Notes: generated from the sequence alone by a model not told the origin. Shown: positions 23,956-38,388, counted from the first letter of the stretch. The stretch is DNA of 64,000 nt from Mercenaria mercenaria (GCF_021730395.1 NC_069372.1:62975754-63039753); one strand, 5' to 3'. Program-made: numbers and translations.

Positions 23956-24469
23956 CTGAAAATCATATACATTTATGATGATATATAATGTCATAACTGT
24001 GTTAATAACAGTACCTGCAATATACTTTGATTTGGTAATGGAAGAAAGATAACAAGAGGGCCATGATGGCCCTATATCGCTCACCTGTTATCATTGCACT
24101 TGAGGACAAGAAGGTTCTCAGAAAAAAGTCCAAAGGACAGGAACAACAAAGGGAAGAAATTTAACCAAAAAGAAAAAAAAAATTTATAAGGTACAGATAT
24201 GTCAAAATACACCTAAAAATTGGAGGTACCATCCATGTTGTTTTTGTTTGTTTTGGGTTTAACGCCGTTTTCAACAGTATTTCAGTCATGTAACGGCGGG
24301 ACCATCCATGTTGTACCACAGAAAAGTGGTCTCGGTTTTTCCCTATGGCCAATAATAAAAAAGTTACTAAAAATAAGCTATTTATAGTAACGTAAAAGGG
24401 AAGTAATTAAAAATTAAAAAAAAAATTATTGTAAGTGAACAAAAGAAGGTATCTGCCAAATAAATCTGT

Positions 24470-27235
24470 TGACATAAATGAAATTTCAGATCAGTATCTT
24501 CATTATTCCATATTACTCGACATAAAATAAAAACATGTACCATTCTTTGTCTTTTATTTATCTCATTGTTATACTGTTAAATGTTTTAAGATCAGATAAC
24601 ACATTATGACGAACAAATGACTTAAAATACTTGATTTCTAAATTAATATATTCTACATCTGCTAAGGTAAATGCATCAATAGATCTGAGAAAAACATTGA
24701 AAAGTTAAGTTGGCATGTTTTTGGCCGCTCTATCTTCAAGCGAGAGGAGACCAGGCGCAAGCATGAGACAACACGCGATGCGATGACCCCTAAAAACCGC
24801 AGACGGCCCCCAGCACACGGACACACCCGAATGTATGACAGCAGACCTCAGCTCACCACGGTTCCGCACCAAAACGATGCCACGAAGCAAGTCAAGAGCT
24901 GCTACCAAACACTCAGTGCTAGAAAGCTGTCTGATATATGTCTGTGCTAAAACAAGAACGACAATATTGACATTATTGTCCACGAAAACGGCACGCGTTA
25001 AATATTCATGAGACAGCCCATTTCTTCAGCTAGTAAAACTAAAATACGGACTGACCGGGCCTACCACACAAAACATCAACTGATGCACCCCAGACACACT
25101 TCACCTTGCAAGAAGCAACGCAACATAAGCACCACACAACATTATAGTGAAGCATTAGTGAAGCATTACAGACAACGGAATGCAAACAGGGCCTCACCAG
25201 TACCATTGTGATGCATTACAGACACTTCATATCGCAAGAAACAACGCAACATAGGCATTACCAACACTATAGTGAAGCACTACGGACAACGGAATGCAAC
25301 TTGGGCCTCACCAGTACCATAGTGATACATTACAGACACAACCTAGGTTTCGCCAATACTGTAATTGTTCACTATAGAAGCTTCACTACGCAAAAAAGCA
25401 AAGCAACCTAGGCATCACCAGAACCTATAGTGGTGCACTACAACCACTTCACAAGCAAGCAACGCAACGCAAACGCAATGCAATCTAGGACTCGCCAGTA
25501 CTATAAGGACGAAATCCTAGTGACCCGAAGCAACTTCAGGTCAACAACCTTAAATAGCAAGGTGCATCTTTTGCAATGAACAACCTTTGGTGCATGTTTA
25601 AGACAATAATGCCCTTGTGATAGGCCCGATAAAGGCAAACATAGCTTCACCAAACTGAGCGGACCGTGTCCAAAAACTGACAGACGACAACGCAAATTAC
25701 ACTGAACTGTTCCGAATAAAATTCATCACACCAAACGCATAGATATATCTCTAGTTCGGCGTCTACCGTATAAATCGCCACAAAACAAACACCCAACCGG
25801 TTATTGTTTAGCAATCTAATTAACTCGATATCTCGCCTGATCCCCTCCATTCAACATTATTTGAGCGACAGTCCTAACATTTAAGGTATAATTACCGATT
25901 CATTAAAAATTACAAAACACATAAATAACTGCCAGTGAGCCTTATCTTTTATCTAGAAGCTAAGATATAAATGAAAATACCTAAGCCAAAGTAATACACA
26001 AGTTCATGTAATTTCTTTCCTATATATTCTTTTACAGAAAATGTCTTAAACATTAATTTAATTTCCGATATCCTAAAAAAGCAGACAGTTCCAGTTAAAA
26101 ACATTCTAACGAATGCTGTTATTTATCAACACAATACACCTGAATTCCATAAATCGGGAACTATCCAAAAGTTAATTCCAAGGAAGTATCTACGGTACTT
26201 TGAAGTTCCTTCGACTTGGCTTCTATCACAGAACATTCATTTGTAACTTCTTTGAGTATGATTATAATTGGGATATCGGAGACTTCACAGTGTACGTTGC
26301 ACTAACAGCTCACTGACATCTTCAATAAACGCCATATAAAAAATCTGTACCCTGAAAGTATAATACAAAACGCAGCAAATCTGACACAAATTTCTCCAGA
26401 ATGTCAGGTCTTTCACCAAAAAAAAAAAAAAACTAAGTTAACCATAAAAAACTACTGCATTAGCAACTTAGGGGTGTGGCGGGAGGGTAAGTTTATCTTT
26501 ACTGAACGACATGTAGAAGAACTGTAGATTCTGTCAGTCAGTGTATAATAACGGTCTATTCGCCCTTTCAGACGCAATGTGAGAAATCTGCACGGGCTTT
26601 TTGCTTTTATATCGAACAACTGGCTGTGTTCTCGGCTCGCTGAACATGCACATCAGTACTGTATTGATAAAACGAGAACCAGTTCAACTGAATAATAAAG
26701 GCCGATTAATCCCGAATCCTTAGCAACTAACAAACATTTTAAGTCTCGAGGAATAAATGAAATTATTTTAAAGAAATAATTTATATTTTTCCCATATTAT
26801 CGACATAAAATAAAAACATGTACCATTCTTTGTCTTTTATTTATCTCATTGTTATACTGTTAAATGTTTTAAGATCAGATAACACATTATGACGAACAAA
26901 TGACTTAAAATACTTGATTTCTAAATTAATATATTCTACATCTGCTAAGGTAAATGCATCAATAGATCTGAGAAAAACATTGAAAAGTTAAGTTGGCATG
27001 TTTTTGGCCGCTCTATCTTCAAGCGAGAGGAGACCAGGCGCAAGCATGAGACAACACGCGATGCGATGACCCTAAAAACCGCAGACGGCACCCAGCACAC
27101 GGACCACACCCGAATGTATGACAGCAGACCTCAGCTCACCACGGTTCCGCACCAAAACGATCCCACGAAGCAAGTCAAGAGCTGCTACCAAACACTCAGT
27201 GCTAGAAAGCTGTTTAACAAACACCATGCGTCCCG
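24470..27235. mobile_element. Composite repeat structure: ~500-bp segment A (24470-24990 and 26790-27235) in direct orientation flanking a minisatellite-containing core, with segment B (26470-26790) also repeated at 31738-32040
   Basis: Long near-identical direct repeats, LTR-like or tandem non-autonomous elements. No coding capacity. Sits in the 11.3-kb PARP4 intron. Confidence 0.5.
25120..25500. repeat. ~50-60-bp minisatellite (cattacagacaacggaatgcaa...gcctcaccagtaccat)
   Basis: Tandem imperfect units. ORFs 25008-25411 read through it and are artifacts. Confidence 0.6.
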
Positions 27236-30200
27236 TCTCCTCTCGATTTATTGATTTTTTCCGCCACAATAAATTTTGCAAAAATTTATCCCCAAAAAAT
27301 CAACACAAAGAAAAATTAGACATTTAGAATTTTCTATTAAAGCATCTCTGTGACCGCGGCAAATCTCAAGTAAAATGCAATGAATCCGCGCGAAAGAAAT
27401 TATAGCGAACGCATAAAATATAGGTAAACATTCAATCCACACGGCCAGCCAAGCGCTGGAGTCGAAAATATCATGCGGTGTTACCGAAAGATACTGTAAT
27501 ATTTCTAATACGAATGATCAGTACGTACAGGACAAACTAATTAAGCGTATTGATGCACTTATCCCTAATAGCATAAATTGAACAACATTTTTACCGGGAA
27601 AAAAGTTGCTGTGGCATAACACATTATAGTGTGATTTGGTTTAACCGTAAAAATCTTGGGCAAACTAGATCTTAACAAAATAATTCGATGTTAGGTTATT
27701 TGTGACGTCAGAACTTCTGAATCACAGTAAGTAGTCATGAAAAGTTATTTGTTTTATTTGCGTGTATACATGGTAAAAGTACATACATAGTTTCAAATCA
27801 CCAAAAATTCGTAATTTCGGATATTGTTTAATAGTTTTACCTAAATCAATGAAGAATTGTATCAACTTTTGGCACACACAAGTTTTATTTGAATTTGTGT
27901 CCAAATTGTGAAATAATTGTCATAAATTTAAACCTCTAGCATGTAAAGCGTCGGTAGCGATGAACATTTTTCTCAGAAATTGCTTGAACTATTTGGTCTT
28001 TGAATGTTTGACTCGGGGGATATTGCCATAAGAAAATAGTATCTTAATATTTCATAGAATCGCGTTAAATTAATTGAATTATGGGGAAGCTACACTGGTT
28101 TCGTTTTGTATTTTCAACAAAATAAAATCCCCTTTCTGATTGTCTTAGAATTTATTAAACGTATAACCAAATACTGTCCGTAAAAGACAGGTCAGCCTCT
28201 TCTCTAAATACCGGATCCCACCGACGCTTGAATCTACCAGTACACGTAATTAATCTGGATAGGTGGCCTGCCAAAATAGGCTAATATGAAAACAACTGTA
28301 AACATCCTTTATTCGTAGTTATAATAAATCTGCAATAAAACAGGTTTATATCTACCGCCGCAAAAATGAATTTGATTCCGTATGACAACCCTGTAATAGA
28401 TTACTTTAAAACACTCTCATATAAAAACTAATGAAAATAATGCTCGTAAGGTATGATAAACTTTGATGAGAACCCTTACAACTAAACCATACGTCATGAA
28501 TAAACATGATGACGTATTCACTAAGTATAGGCTATACTTTTACCGGTTATAATTGTCGAAATATTTCAAATGCTTTTAAAAAGCAGTGCTACACATTATC
28601 AGAGAATCGGTAGAGATTTCCGACCAATAAAATAAAATGTGTATTTTATACTTCTTTGTTCTAAATAAAGAATGTCTTGAACTTTTCAATTCGAAGGCGA
28701 AGCAGGCCATTTCAAATGCCATTAAAACGACCAGGCACGTGATTGATTTGAATAAAATATTTATATGAAGGCACCCAAACATAATCGCCACTGAATTTGA
28801 TTTCTTTAAATTCGACAAGTCGGTACCCCAGATAAATGGGGAATAACATAATAGTTCTAGAACAATTCTATCGGAAGTTATGCCACATTTATGCCACGTG
28901 TCAGGGAACAGTTTGCGTGACACCAATGACATTTAATCCAAACCTTCACCCAAGCATTTGCAGAAAAACAACTGTTTACCCTGATTGGTAATCCAAAATA
29001 GTCCTAAAAAAAACAAACGGATATACCGACTGTAATATCGCAAGAATCCTAGTATTGTTAAATCTAAACAAATCTCAACCCTTATGTGGTGATAGGCTTG
29101 TAAATCAACAGAATGAGCCGGATGAAGCAAAAGACGAAACATCCACATACATCTGCAGTCCTGAATAAAAATTATTCTGTGAAACAATCGTTTTTTTTTT
29201 TTTGTTTTTTTTTTTAATTTACTTTCTGAAGTGTAGTGGTCAGAATTCGGATCACCATCTGTAGGTCTACAATCAAGCTCTGAACCCCCAAATTTCAATC
29301 ATTATTGCTTTGTTTTTTCGTTTGCCAACTGCTATCAACTCCTAAAATACATTTAAAGCCGCAAAACCACCTCCAGTAAAATCGTCTAGATAGTTCTGCT
29401 GTTTGCCTGATTTCATGTTTGATTTCAACACAAAATTCTTAAATGCCCCCCGACCTAGTAACCTTTTTTTTTAACCACGGAAACTTCATGAAAATCATTC
29501 TTAAATTACAAGTAATATACAGCCATGATGGATAATCAAGGCCTTTCCAAAATAAATGAGTTTTACAGCTTCATATGCAAAAACTTATTCAATCAATCTC
29601 TTATCATCATAGTTTTAAGAGCATAGCATAGAATGACTACTTTACATTGAAGAAACCAAAAGTGTTCGAAATTTAACTTAATACACTAATTTCTGTACAT
29701 ATTGTTACATTGATTAAATATGTATTAAATCATTAAACACCTTGTTTTGGCCTAATCTATGTCACCGTCAACTTGTTACTAATACTTATATATTTCAATT
29801 TTTTCATGCAAATCATGTAAAACTACCGTCATGGAAATACAAAAGAATACAGGTATTTTGTGGCGTATCTTTTAAATCCTAGCAAATTTTTGCAATGATA
29901 TCCATTCCTCAAAAGGAAGTGTTGTATCAAAATAAAAACTTTCTGTGTCAGTCCAGTGTTTGTGTTAGCAGAGAAGACTATTAAACGTACTAGACGGTAT
30001 GCGTTTTGCGTTTTTTGATGACAAGTCCCTTGACCTAGATCTTGACATATTTTAGAAATTTAACAGCTGTTATTTTGGGTCGATATAGTCTACATTGACC
30101 GGTGAATTTGCTAAGTTAACTATATCGATATTTTTTTTTTTTTTTGTTTGAGCTCTGAGACGAAATTTCATTTGAACTTCATCTCCGGGCGCGACCCAAT

Positions 30201-30841
30201 CTTGACCCCTAAATGTCTCTGAAATGTTCTACTTGCAAATTATCCCGGGATGTGGGTTTTGTACTTCACTGAAAAGTTATACTGACTGCAGGACACTCCG
30301 AATGTGGAGCGAAGTATGTGCTTTTTTATGGAAAATTTGAATATTAATGAAGTAATTGCACATGCAGTGACGTGTACTCGCCCGAACCGTTTTCCGCCGC
30401 GTCATTAACCTGCACACATCGCCACCCCAAGTCTGTTATGTTTTAAGACCAGGATGCGGGCGATATCACCCGACGCAACTGAAACTGCCACCGTGCACAC
30501 GCCATGCTAAAACTTGTACATGTAACAAAGCATTTTCTGAACTTTATCACTGATTGGTTAGATATGTCGCCGCATAAATAATGAACGCTTTCGACCACCG
30601 CATATAGAATTAATCTTGCCCGAATGTTTTCAGCCTGACCGTCGGTAGACAGTCTAAAATGTCTTTCTTACAAAAAACGTTTTGATAACTAAATGCCCCC
30701 TTTGACCGGCAATAATGCCAAATTGATATATTCGTCTCTGAAAATCTGTTCAAGGGAGGAAAGCAGATGTGCCGCCAATAAGACACTGGTAAGACTAACA
30801 GAAGGTATGATTTAATTTGCGCATCTTCCCACAGACTGTAA

Positions 30842-31299
30842 CCAGGTCTAGGAAAGTGGAGTATTTACAGATTATCTGTAAATTTACAGAATTTCTATAA
30901 ATTTACAGATTTTTCAATCTGTAAATTTACAGATCAAGTGTTTGAAAACTGCTAAAATTATATTTAGACACAAAATCGCAGCTTGAAATTAATTGATTTA
31001 CTTATGGTATGTATAAATAAAGGTCATTTGTGGGTTTCAGTCATTTCTGTTGACTTTGATTTTTCTTAAAATGCCAAAAACTGAAAGTCAACAAAAATGG
31101 CTGAAACCCACAAATGACCTTAATTTATGCATGCTGTAAATAAACCAATTAATTCCAAGCTGCGGTTTTGAGGATAAATGTAATTTCATCAGTTTTCATA
31201 CACACAATCCGTAAATTTACAGATTGAAAAATCTGTAAATTTATAGATTATCTGTAAATTTACAGATAATCTGTAAATACTCCACTTTCCTAGACCTGG
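30842..31299. mobile_element. ~460-bp near-perfect foldback (long inverted repeat) built from palindromic 'ctgtaaatttacag' sub-motifs
   Basis: 'ccaggtctaggaaagtggagtatttacag...' at 30842 mirrors '...ctgtaaatactccactttcctagacctgg' at 31271-31299. The central axis lies near 31070. Confidence 0.75.
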
Positions 31300-32049
31300 T
31301 AACTTTTTGTTCAATATTAGACATGCTGACCATACAGACGAGCCTAGTATAGATGACCTATACACTTACACCGCCACACCCTCCTTGAAATTTTACCTCT
31401 AACCATGACATAGTCTTGTGAAATACACGAACCATGTAAAAATACTTAAAAATCAATAATATCATTAATACACCCACCAGCATTATCTTGTTACTGTCTG
31501 TTTCTTCCTTCTCGATATCGTTTGCACAATTACCGGTCCCTCGTGCTCCAAGGTCATGTGGAGGTATCTGATTCCGCACCTCGTTCCTGGCCGGCCTTTT
31601 GTTTCTCTCCTCTCGTCCTATGGTGATATTCCTGTTGTTGACGATTTTGCTCTTACATTTTGCCTGTGACCTTCGTCCTTCCTTTCCCGGCCTTGTCGTT
31701 TAGGTCTAACACGTTCATGCGGCATCTCAATTTAAGATTACTTTAAGTTTATCTTTACTGAACGACATGTAGAAGAACTGTAGATTCTGTCAGTCAGTGT
31801 ATAATAACGGTCTATTCGCCCTTTCAGACGCAATGTGAGAAATCTGCACGGGCTTTTTGCTTTTATATCGAAACAACTGGCTGTGTTCTCGGCTCGCTGA
31901 ACATGCACATCAGTACTGTATTGATAAAACGAGAACCAGTTCAACTGAATAATAAAGGCCGATTAATCCCGAATCCTTAGCAACTAACAAACATTTTAAG
32001 TCTCGAGGAATAAATGAAATTATTTTAAAGAAATAATTTATATTAGTTT

Positions 32050-33200
32050 TGGAGATATACCCATTTTAATTTGAAATAAAGGGAGGTAATTTGACATTAT
32101 CAGTCCATAGTTATCTACCCTGATTGGCTCAGTCCAACTAATGACAATAATGAAATTTCAAATAAGTCCTATAAGTACTTACTGATATAAATCCATTTTG
32201 ATTACAATCAGGGGAGGTAATCAGATATAAAATAACTCTGGAACCTATGATTGGATCTGATTTGTCATGGAATCCAAGATTTATTGTTGTTGAAGATATT
32301 TTGGAAGTTTGTATCAAATAAAACCATAAATGAAGTCTCTATATGGCTGCAAAAGCCAAAATAACCAATTTTGGACCTTTAAGGGGCCATAACTCTTGAA
32401 CCCATGAAGGAATCTGGCCAGTTCAAGAAAGGAACTAAGATCTTGTGGTGATACAAGTTGTGTGCAAGTTTGGTTAAAATCAAATCATAAATGAAGCTGC
32501 TATTGTGCAGACAAGGTCAAAATAGCTAATTTTGGTCCTTTTAGGGGCCATAACTCTGAAACCCATTATGGGATCTGGCCGGTTCAAAAAAGGAATTGAG
32601 ATCTTATGGCGGCACAAGTTTTGTGCAAGTCTGATTAAATTCAAATTATAAATGAAGCTGCTATTGTGCAGACAAGGTCAAAATAGCTAATTCTGGCCCT
32701 TTCAGGGGCCATAACTCTGGAACCCATAATGGGATCTCGCCAGTTCAAGAAAGGAACCAAGATCTTATGGTGATAAAAGTTGTGTGCAAGTTTGGTTAAA
32801 ATAAAATCATTTATAAAAGAAGCTGCTATTAAGCAGACAAGGTCAAAATAGCTAATTCTGACCCTTTCAGGGGCCATAACTCTGGAACTCATAATGGAAT
32901 CCGGCCAGTTCAAGAAAGCAACCAAGATCTTATGGTGATACAAGTTGTGTGCCAGTTTGGTAAAAGTCAAAGCATAAATAAATCTGCTATTGTGCAGACA
33001 AGGTCAAAATAGCTAATTTTGGCCCTTTCAGGGGCCATAACTCTGGAACCCATATTGGGATCTAGCCAGTTCAAGAAAGGAATCGAGATCTTATGGTGAT
33101 ACAAGTTGTGTGCAAGTCTGGTTAAAATAAAATCATAAATGAAACCACTATCGTGCAGACAAGAAATTGTTGATGGACGGACGGACGCACGGACGAACGA
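32050..33200. repeat. ~165-bp satellite x ~6 (ggggccataactctggaacccat...caagttgtgtgcaagt family) ending in a (GGAC)n microsatellite
   Basis: Tandem units followed by 'gatggacggacggacgcacggacgaacg'. ORFs 32641-33212 are artifacts. Confidence 0.8.
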
Positions 33201-34034
33201 AAGGGTGATCACAAAAGCTCACCTTGTCACTATGTGACAGATGAGCTAAAAATGATGGACATGACTATTCACAAGCCATAGAATTCTCCTATCAGAAGGG
33301 GCATCTGTCAAATTTGTTGCTGTAAAAGCCATATATTTTTGTACTGAAACTAGCCTCAGGCCCTGCACATTCTCACAAAATAATCCATCATCTACAAGCT
33401 AGGTTTCACTGCAGGATCTATCTTTTGTGGCTGACATATGGACAGACAGACAGACAGATGAAAAGAACAAAGAAAGGAACAAAACGAAATGATGTAAATA
33501 TTCTTTTCTATATCCAAGGTTTCATGAAAAAGTTCTGTACTTTCAAATCTATGGCAAAATCCTCCATTTGTGATTGACGGAAAAAAACAAAATAACAAGC
33601 ATGTTCTACATTATTGTCTTTCACCTGCATACACCAAGTTTCAGGAGAAAACTCTAGTATTTAATTACCACAGAATCCATTTTTGTCATGTTTTAGATTC
33701 TTTATTAGAATAGGCTTAGCAACCACCTTTGCTGCCACATAAACAGATTATGAAGTGTGTGTATTTTCCATACTGCCATCTATCCATGTACCTAGTTTCA
33801 TGAAAAAAAATATTTTGTTATAGCACTATCCCTTATAGTGTACTCACTGAAGGATGGACAGACTGCTTTAATTTTGCTGGTAGGGGTCTAATCAAAGCCT
33901 TTTTCTGCATATTTCAATATAATTTCCTTCTTATTTTTGGATAATTTGTTGCCACAGCAAGCAAAATTTAGCTACAAAAATAAAGACTTATAAATATTAT
34001 AAACATATAATACATTATAAAAACTTACACAAAA

Positions 34035-34990
34035 ATAACTAGTTGTCACAGGAGTGACGAATTATACCCCACCAATATTGCCTTGTCAGAGAACTAAGCC
34101 AATGTCAAAGCTGAACTTACTTGACCTTTGACCTACTGACCTCAAAATCAATAGAAGTCATCTGCTGGTCCTGATCAACCTCCCTATGAAGTTTCAAGAT
34201 CCTCTGCCCAAGCATTCTCAAGTTATTGTCCGAAAAAGGTTTAAATGTTCCGGGTCACTCTGACCTTTGACTTTTGGAACTCAAAATTAATACAGGTCAT
34301 CTGCTGGTCATGACCAACCTCCCTATAAAGTTTCGTGTTCCTAGTCCCAAGCGTTCTGAAGTTATTGTCCGAAAACAGTTTAAATGTTCTGGGTCACTGT
34401 GACCTTGACCTTTGACTTACTAAACTCAAAATCATTAAGGGTTATCTGCTGGTCATAACCAACCTCCCTATCAATTTTCATGATCCTTGGCCTAAGCATT
34501 CTCAAGTTATTATCCGGAAACCGATTAACTGTTTCGTGTTATTGTGACCTTGACCTCAATGTCGAACTTGACCTGTATTCAATCATGTTACATCTGTGTA
34601 CAAAAATTCATGATCCTAGGCCCAAGCGTTCTCAAGTTATCATTCGGAACCATTTAACTGTTCCGAGTCACTGTGACCTTGACCTTTGCCCTACAGACCT
34701 CAAAGTCGAACTTGACCTGTATTTTCTGATGTCAAACCTGTGTACCAAAAATTATTTAAATTGGTCAAGCCTTTCATGTGTTATCATTCGGAACCATTTA
34801 ACTGTTCCGAGTCACTGTGACCTTGACCTTTGCCCTACAGACCTCAAAGTCGAACTTGACCTGTATTTTCTGATGTTACACCTGTGTACCAAAAATTATT
34901 TAAATTGGTCAAGCCTTTCAAGAGTTATCATCCGGAAACCATGAAAAACCATCAAACTGACCGACCAACCGCCAAGCTCACTCCTACATA
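34035..34990. mobile_element. Second copy of the Helentron/HINE-like satellite-carrying element (same family as 13440-14680)
   Basis: Shares the 5' flank 'aactagttgtcacaggagtgacgaattatacccc', the gaccttgacctttg tandem units and the 3' 'ctgaccgaccaaccgccaagctcactcctacatacc'. Confidence 0.6.
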
Positions 34991-35264
34991 CCACCTCCCC
35001 TCCTGCACATTTCACTATACATTAATGAAGAAGTGACCATTTTCCTACCCTGTTAATCATGTTCTACATAAATAATATGTAAGTCATGTTTCTGTGTTAA
35101 GACCATCATGATTGTCTTATGTCACTAAATAAATATGAATTTTTACATCGAAATATTACACCTTTGAACATATTTGCCCCAAGCAGAATGAAGCTCACTC
35201 CTCCATTATATAGTCAAATGTTGATAAAATTTTAATTTAAAATAGGTAGAAACATTCTTCAAAC

Positions 35265-35486
35265 CTTGATAACAACCCAAGAAAGTTATAACATGGTGAT
35301 GCATGACTCAGTAAGTTGATATTTCCAACATCTGCCTGGAAATTCACTTCTTCCACTGTTCTCTTAACTCTGTATATGCCATGTATCTTTCCTCCATCTT
35401 TAGAGAGTTTCTGCTCCATGAGACTGTATATTTCTGCTGAGTCATTACTGGACTGGTCTACATATTGTACATGACAACACATGGCT
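35265..35486 (-). CDS. PARP4: PARP4-like exon, helical domain end and start of ART fold with catalytic His (...VQYVDQSSNDSAEIYSLMEQ...NINLLSHASPCYNFLGLLS)
   Basis: Aligns to PARP4 'LGNVRPLLHGSPVQNIVGILCRG' and PARP1 'LLWHGSRTTNFAGILSQG'. Donor TCAAG|gtttga splices across an ~11.3 kb intron to 23955. Confidence 0.75.
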
Positions 35487-36052
35487 CTGTATTTGGCAAT
35501 AACTGTAGCATCTGTAGACCAGTCTGTAGCTTCACTGACAGCAACAATGTCCGATAATAGCTGCAGAAATCAAAAATTAGTATTAGCATCATATATTAAT
35601 TTCTTGACAAAGAATTCTGTGAAAAGTACAATACTTCTTCCAGGCCAAGTCTTTTTTTTTTAAACATGTATTTTTTTGTGAAAAAGTACTTTCTATGTCT
35701 TGGTCATAATTCTCATCATTTTACTAGCTGCTATTATAGCAAAATATGCATTTTCCACTGAAGTCATGTTGTGAAACATTTTACTAATAGATCTTCATAG
35801 ATTCTTGGAGAAGGTTTTCTTTCTAACATAGTTCCTCTTAAAAGTATGAGAGAAAAAGGTTTGACAATTTCCAAATGTAATTTATATTCTCTGTAACCAT
35901 GGTAATAAAAATCACCCTACAGAGGTCACACCTTATGAGTCCAGTTATAGGCTATTTAATTCTTGTTAGGCAGTACCACAGAAGAAAACTTATTTCTCCT
36001 TAACATAACTATTACCAGTAACCCGAATCAATAAATTATTACCTGACACAAG

Positions 36053-36225
36053 TCCTGCTTGCCAATCACTTCTCTGAGGGTCCAGTTGTAGGATCTAAAG
36101 TCTTCTTTATGAGGCAGTACCTCATAGAACTGGTCTATCAACTTCCTTACACAGTCATCTCTGTCACTATGGTGACCAAGAAATTTATCAGTCAACTGGG
36201 CAAGGATCACTTTTGCTTCGATTAT
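36053..36225 (-). CDS. PARP4: PARP4-like helical (regulatory) domain exon (IIEAKVILAQLTDKFLGHHSDRDDCVRKLIDQFYEVLPHKEDFRSYNWTLREVIGKQDLCQ)
   Basis: Aligns to PARP4 'AEGILLLVKAALKNGETAEQLQKMMTEFYRLIPHKGTMPKEVNLGLLAKKADLCQ'. Acceptor gtgtttcag|, donor GTCAG|gtaata. Confidence 0.7.
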
Positions 36226-36944
36226 CTGAAACACATTAAATGTGCAGTAAATATTAAACATTCTAGCATGCCAACTGCATGAGGGAATAACAGTCTAGAA
36301 CTGATCATCTGGCATTCAAATGCGAGTAGAAACTCTGTACCAAAGGTGATTTTCATCATTGCTTCAAAGTTGTCATCTTGGGTGTTACAGATTTGGCTAT
36401 GCTTCTCACTTTAAACACTCAAACTATTAGATCAAAACTGAGAGAAGTTGAAAGAAGCTTGTGAAATAAAAAATATTGTCAAAATATGTTAAGCTACCTT
36501 ACTCAAAATAAGAAGTCAGTTAAAGTCTTTCTATTCAAAATAAGAAGCCAGTTAAAGCTTATAAAGTTATGAATGGTACATGACCATGGTTTGTAGATAA
36601 ATCTAGAAACAGTCCCAACAACTTTTTTAATGATTGTACAACAGCTACTAGGCATTATTCTTGGCTTTCCAGATAAATGATGTTATACCATCACTTCCTG
36701 GTAATAAAACATGCAGATCTTCTTAATGTTGTTCTCAAAGCCAGGGTCTAAGGTTAAAAGTATGAGTTTGGAAACCAGTCTAAAAATTCAGCCTTGCCAT
36801 TGGTCCATTTCAATATTGAGCTCAGAGAAACCAACCAATCAGTAGCTGGAGTTTTGAGACTTGTTTTTAAACTATGATCTATAATCTCAGAGTAAGTTGA
36901 CCAATGAACAAATGCAGTCAAAAATAATCAAAGGTGAATTGTAC

Positions 36945-37082
36945 TTGTTTTTCTTGTATATATTTCATAGGAGTTTCCAACATGGTGTCCACTTCTGTCA
37001 GAGCTTCATTCCAGACAAGTGATGTCAGTGCTGCCACCTGTGGGGAAATGTCTTCATTCAGGAGAGATAACTTCCCAAGAAC
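36945..37082 (-). CDS. PARP4: PARP4-like helical domain exon (VLGKLSLLNEDISPQVAALTSLVWNEALTEVDTMLETP...)
   Basis: Aligns to PARP4 'LSQEVSDLVEMIWAEALGHLEHML'. Acceptor aatttcag| is clear; the 3' donor is uncertain. Confidence 0.5.
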
Positions 37083-37407
37083 CTGAAATTTTTAGACAAT
37101 TTAATTCTGAGACATTCTAATTCAACCCAGTTTTATCAGAGACTGTCATTCTCGCACTCTCACATGCGCAATTTATTTATTAATTATAGCTTCGTTGTAA
37201 AAATCTCTCAGCTGGTTGAGTTACTATCAAATCTGTATCCGATATAAACAAGAACGAATATCTTATGTAATGACATTAAGGAAGTAGTCAGGGAGCTTAT
37301 ACTGACCATTCTGACCATCTACTTATGCTTGTATTTTAAAAAATGAGCCACATGCTATACCAGATCCAATAGTTTGCACCTAATTGCCATGTTAAGAGAT
37401 AACATAC

Positions 37408-37575
37408 CATTCTTAAGTTTGATGAACCAAAATTTTCCACTTCTACACTCCCTGGTTCACATGTAACCATACATGTAGGTTTGTTGGTGCACTGTCTGTA
37501 TAGCTGCTCATAACCACTGAGTACCTCTGACACTGTGCTAAAGTACCAAACTATTGCATCCTCTATTTTCACAAC
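37408..37575 (-). CDS. PARP4: PARP4-like exon upstream of the helical domain (VKIEDAIVWYFSTVSEVLSGYEQLYRQ...)
   Basis: Open frame on the minus strand flanked by acceptor ttacttacag| and donor AATG|gtatgt. Weaker similarity to the PARP4 region before the helical domain. Confidence 0.5.
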
Positions 37576-38388
37576 CTGTAAGTAAAAATGACCACCGGTT
37601 ATTGCTCTATTTTCTTGTTAAGAACCACACATTCTGCTATATAATCATAGTATTTATTCAAATATGATAAAACAACAAAGACTCGAGCTAAGTCTGATAA
37701 GTCTAGGTGAAATAAAATTCTAAACAAGAGCTGTCTGTAAGACAATGCACATCACTTAATATCTTAAATTTTGAAAAGGGGCCATAACTTTCAATGCAGT
37801 CAGACGAGACTTATTTAACCAATTTCTGACAAATTAAAGTTTTACTATGGAAACTATAACAACTTGCGGACAAAACTATAACCAAATTCTAAGTAATAAA
37901 CTCACTATAAATTGAATAATTCTCATGAAGAGTTATCTAACTTGTTTATGTAAGTGCATTTGATTTAGATGCCTTGTCTAAACTGGAAGAGTGGCACTGT
38001 ACTGCTGTTTCTATATCTTTCCTGTATCGTACTCTGGGTGACAACCATAATCACTGAAACTACTTTATATGAGCCACGCCATGAGAAAACCAACATAGTG
38101 GCTTTGTTCACTTTCAAAGCCTATTGCATGTAGAGAAACCGTTAGCGAACAGCATGGATCCTGACCAGACTGTGCAGATGCGCAGGCTGGTCTGGATGCA
38201 TGCTTGTCGCAAAGCCACTATATTAGTTTTCTCATGGTGCGGCTATTATATTAAAATGCTTTTTACTAAATATATCTCCTGTTAAAATACATTACCTGGA
38301 AAAAACTGTGGGTAAAGCTCTATACTTAATTTTTACGTTTATACAAAAGAGCTAAAAAATTGACCTAATAGATTAGTTTGACTGGTAC

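Noticed and set aside
32641-34944. ORFs 32641-33212 and 34480-34944 with internally repetitive proteins
   Set aside because: They lie wholly inside satellite arrays and their repeat periodicity mirrors the DNA repeat, so these are translation artifacts.
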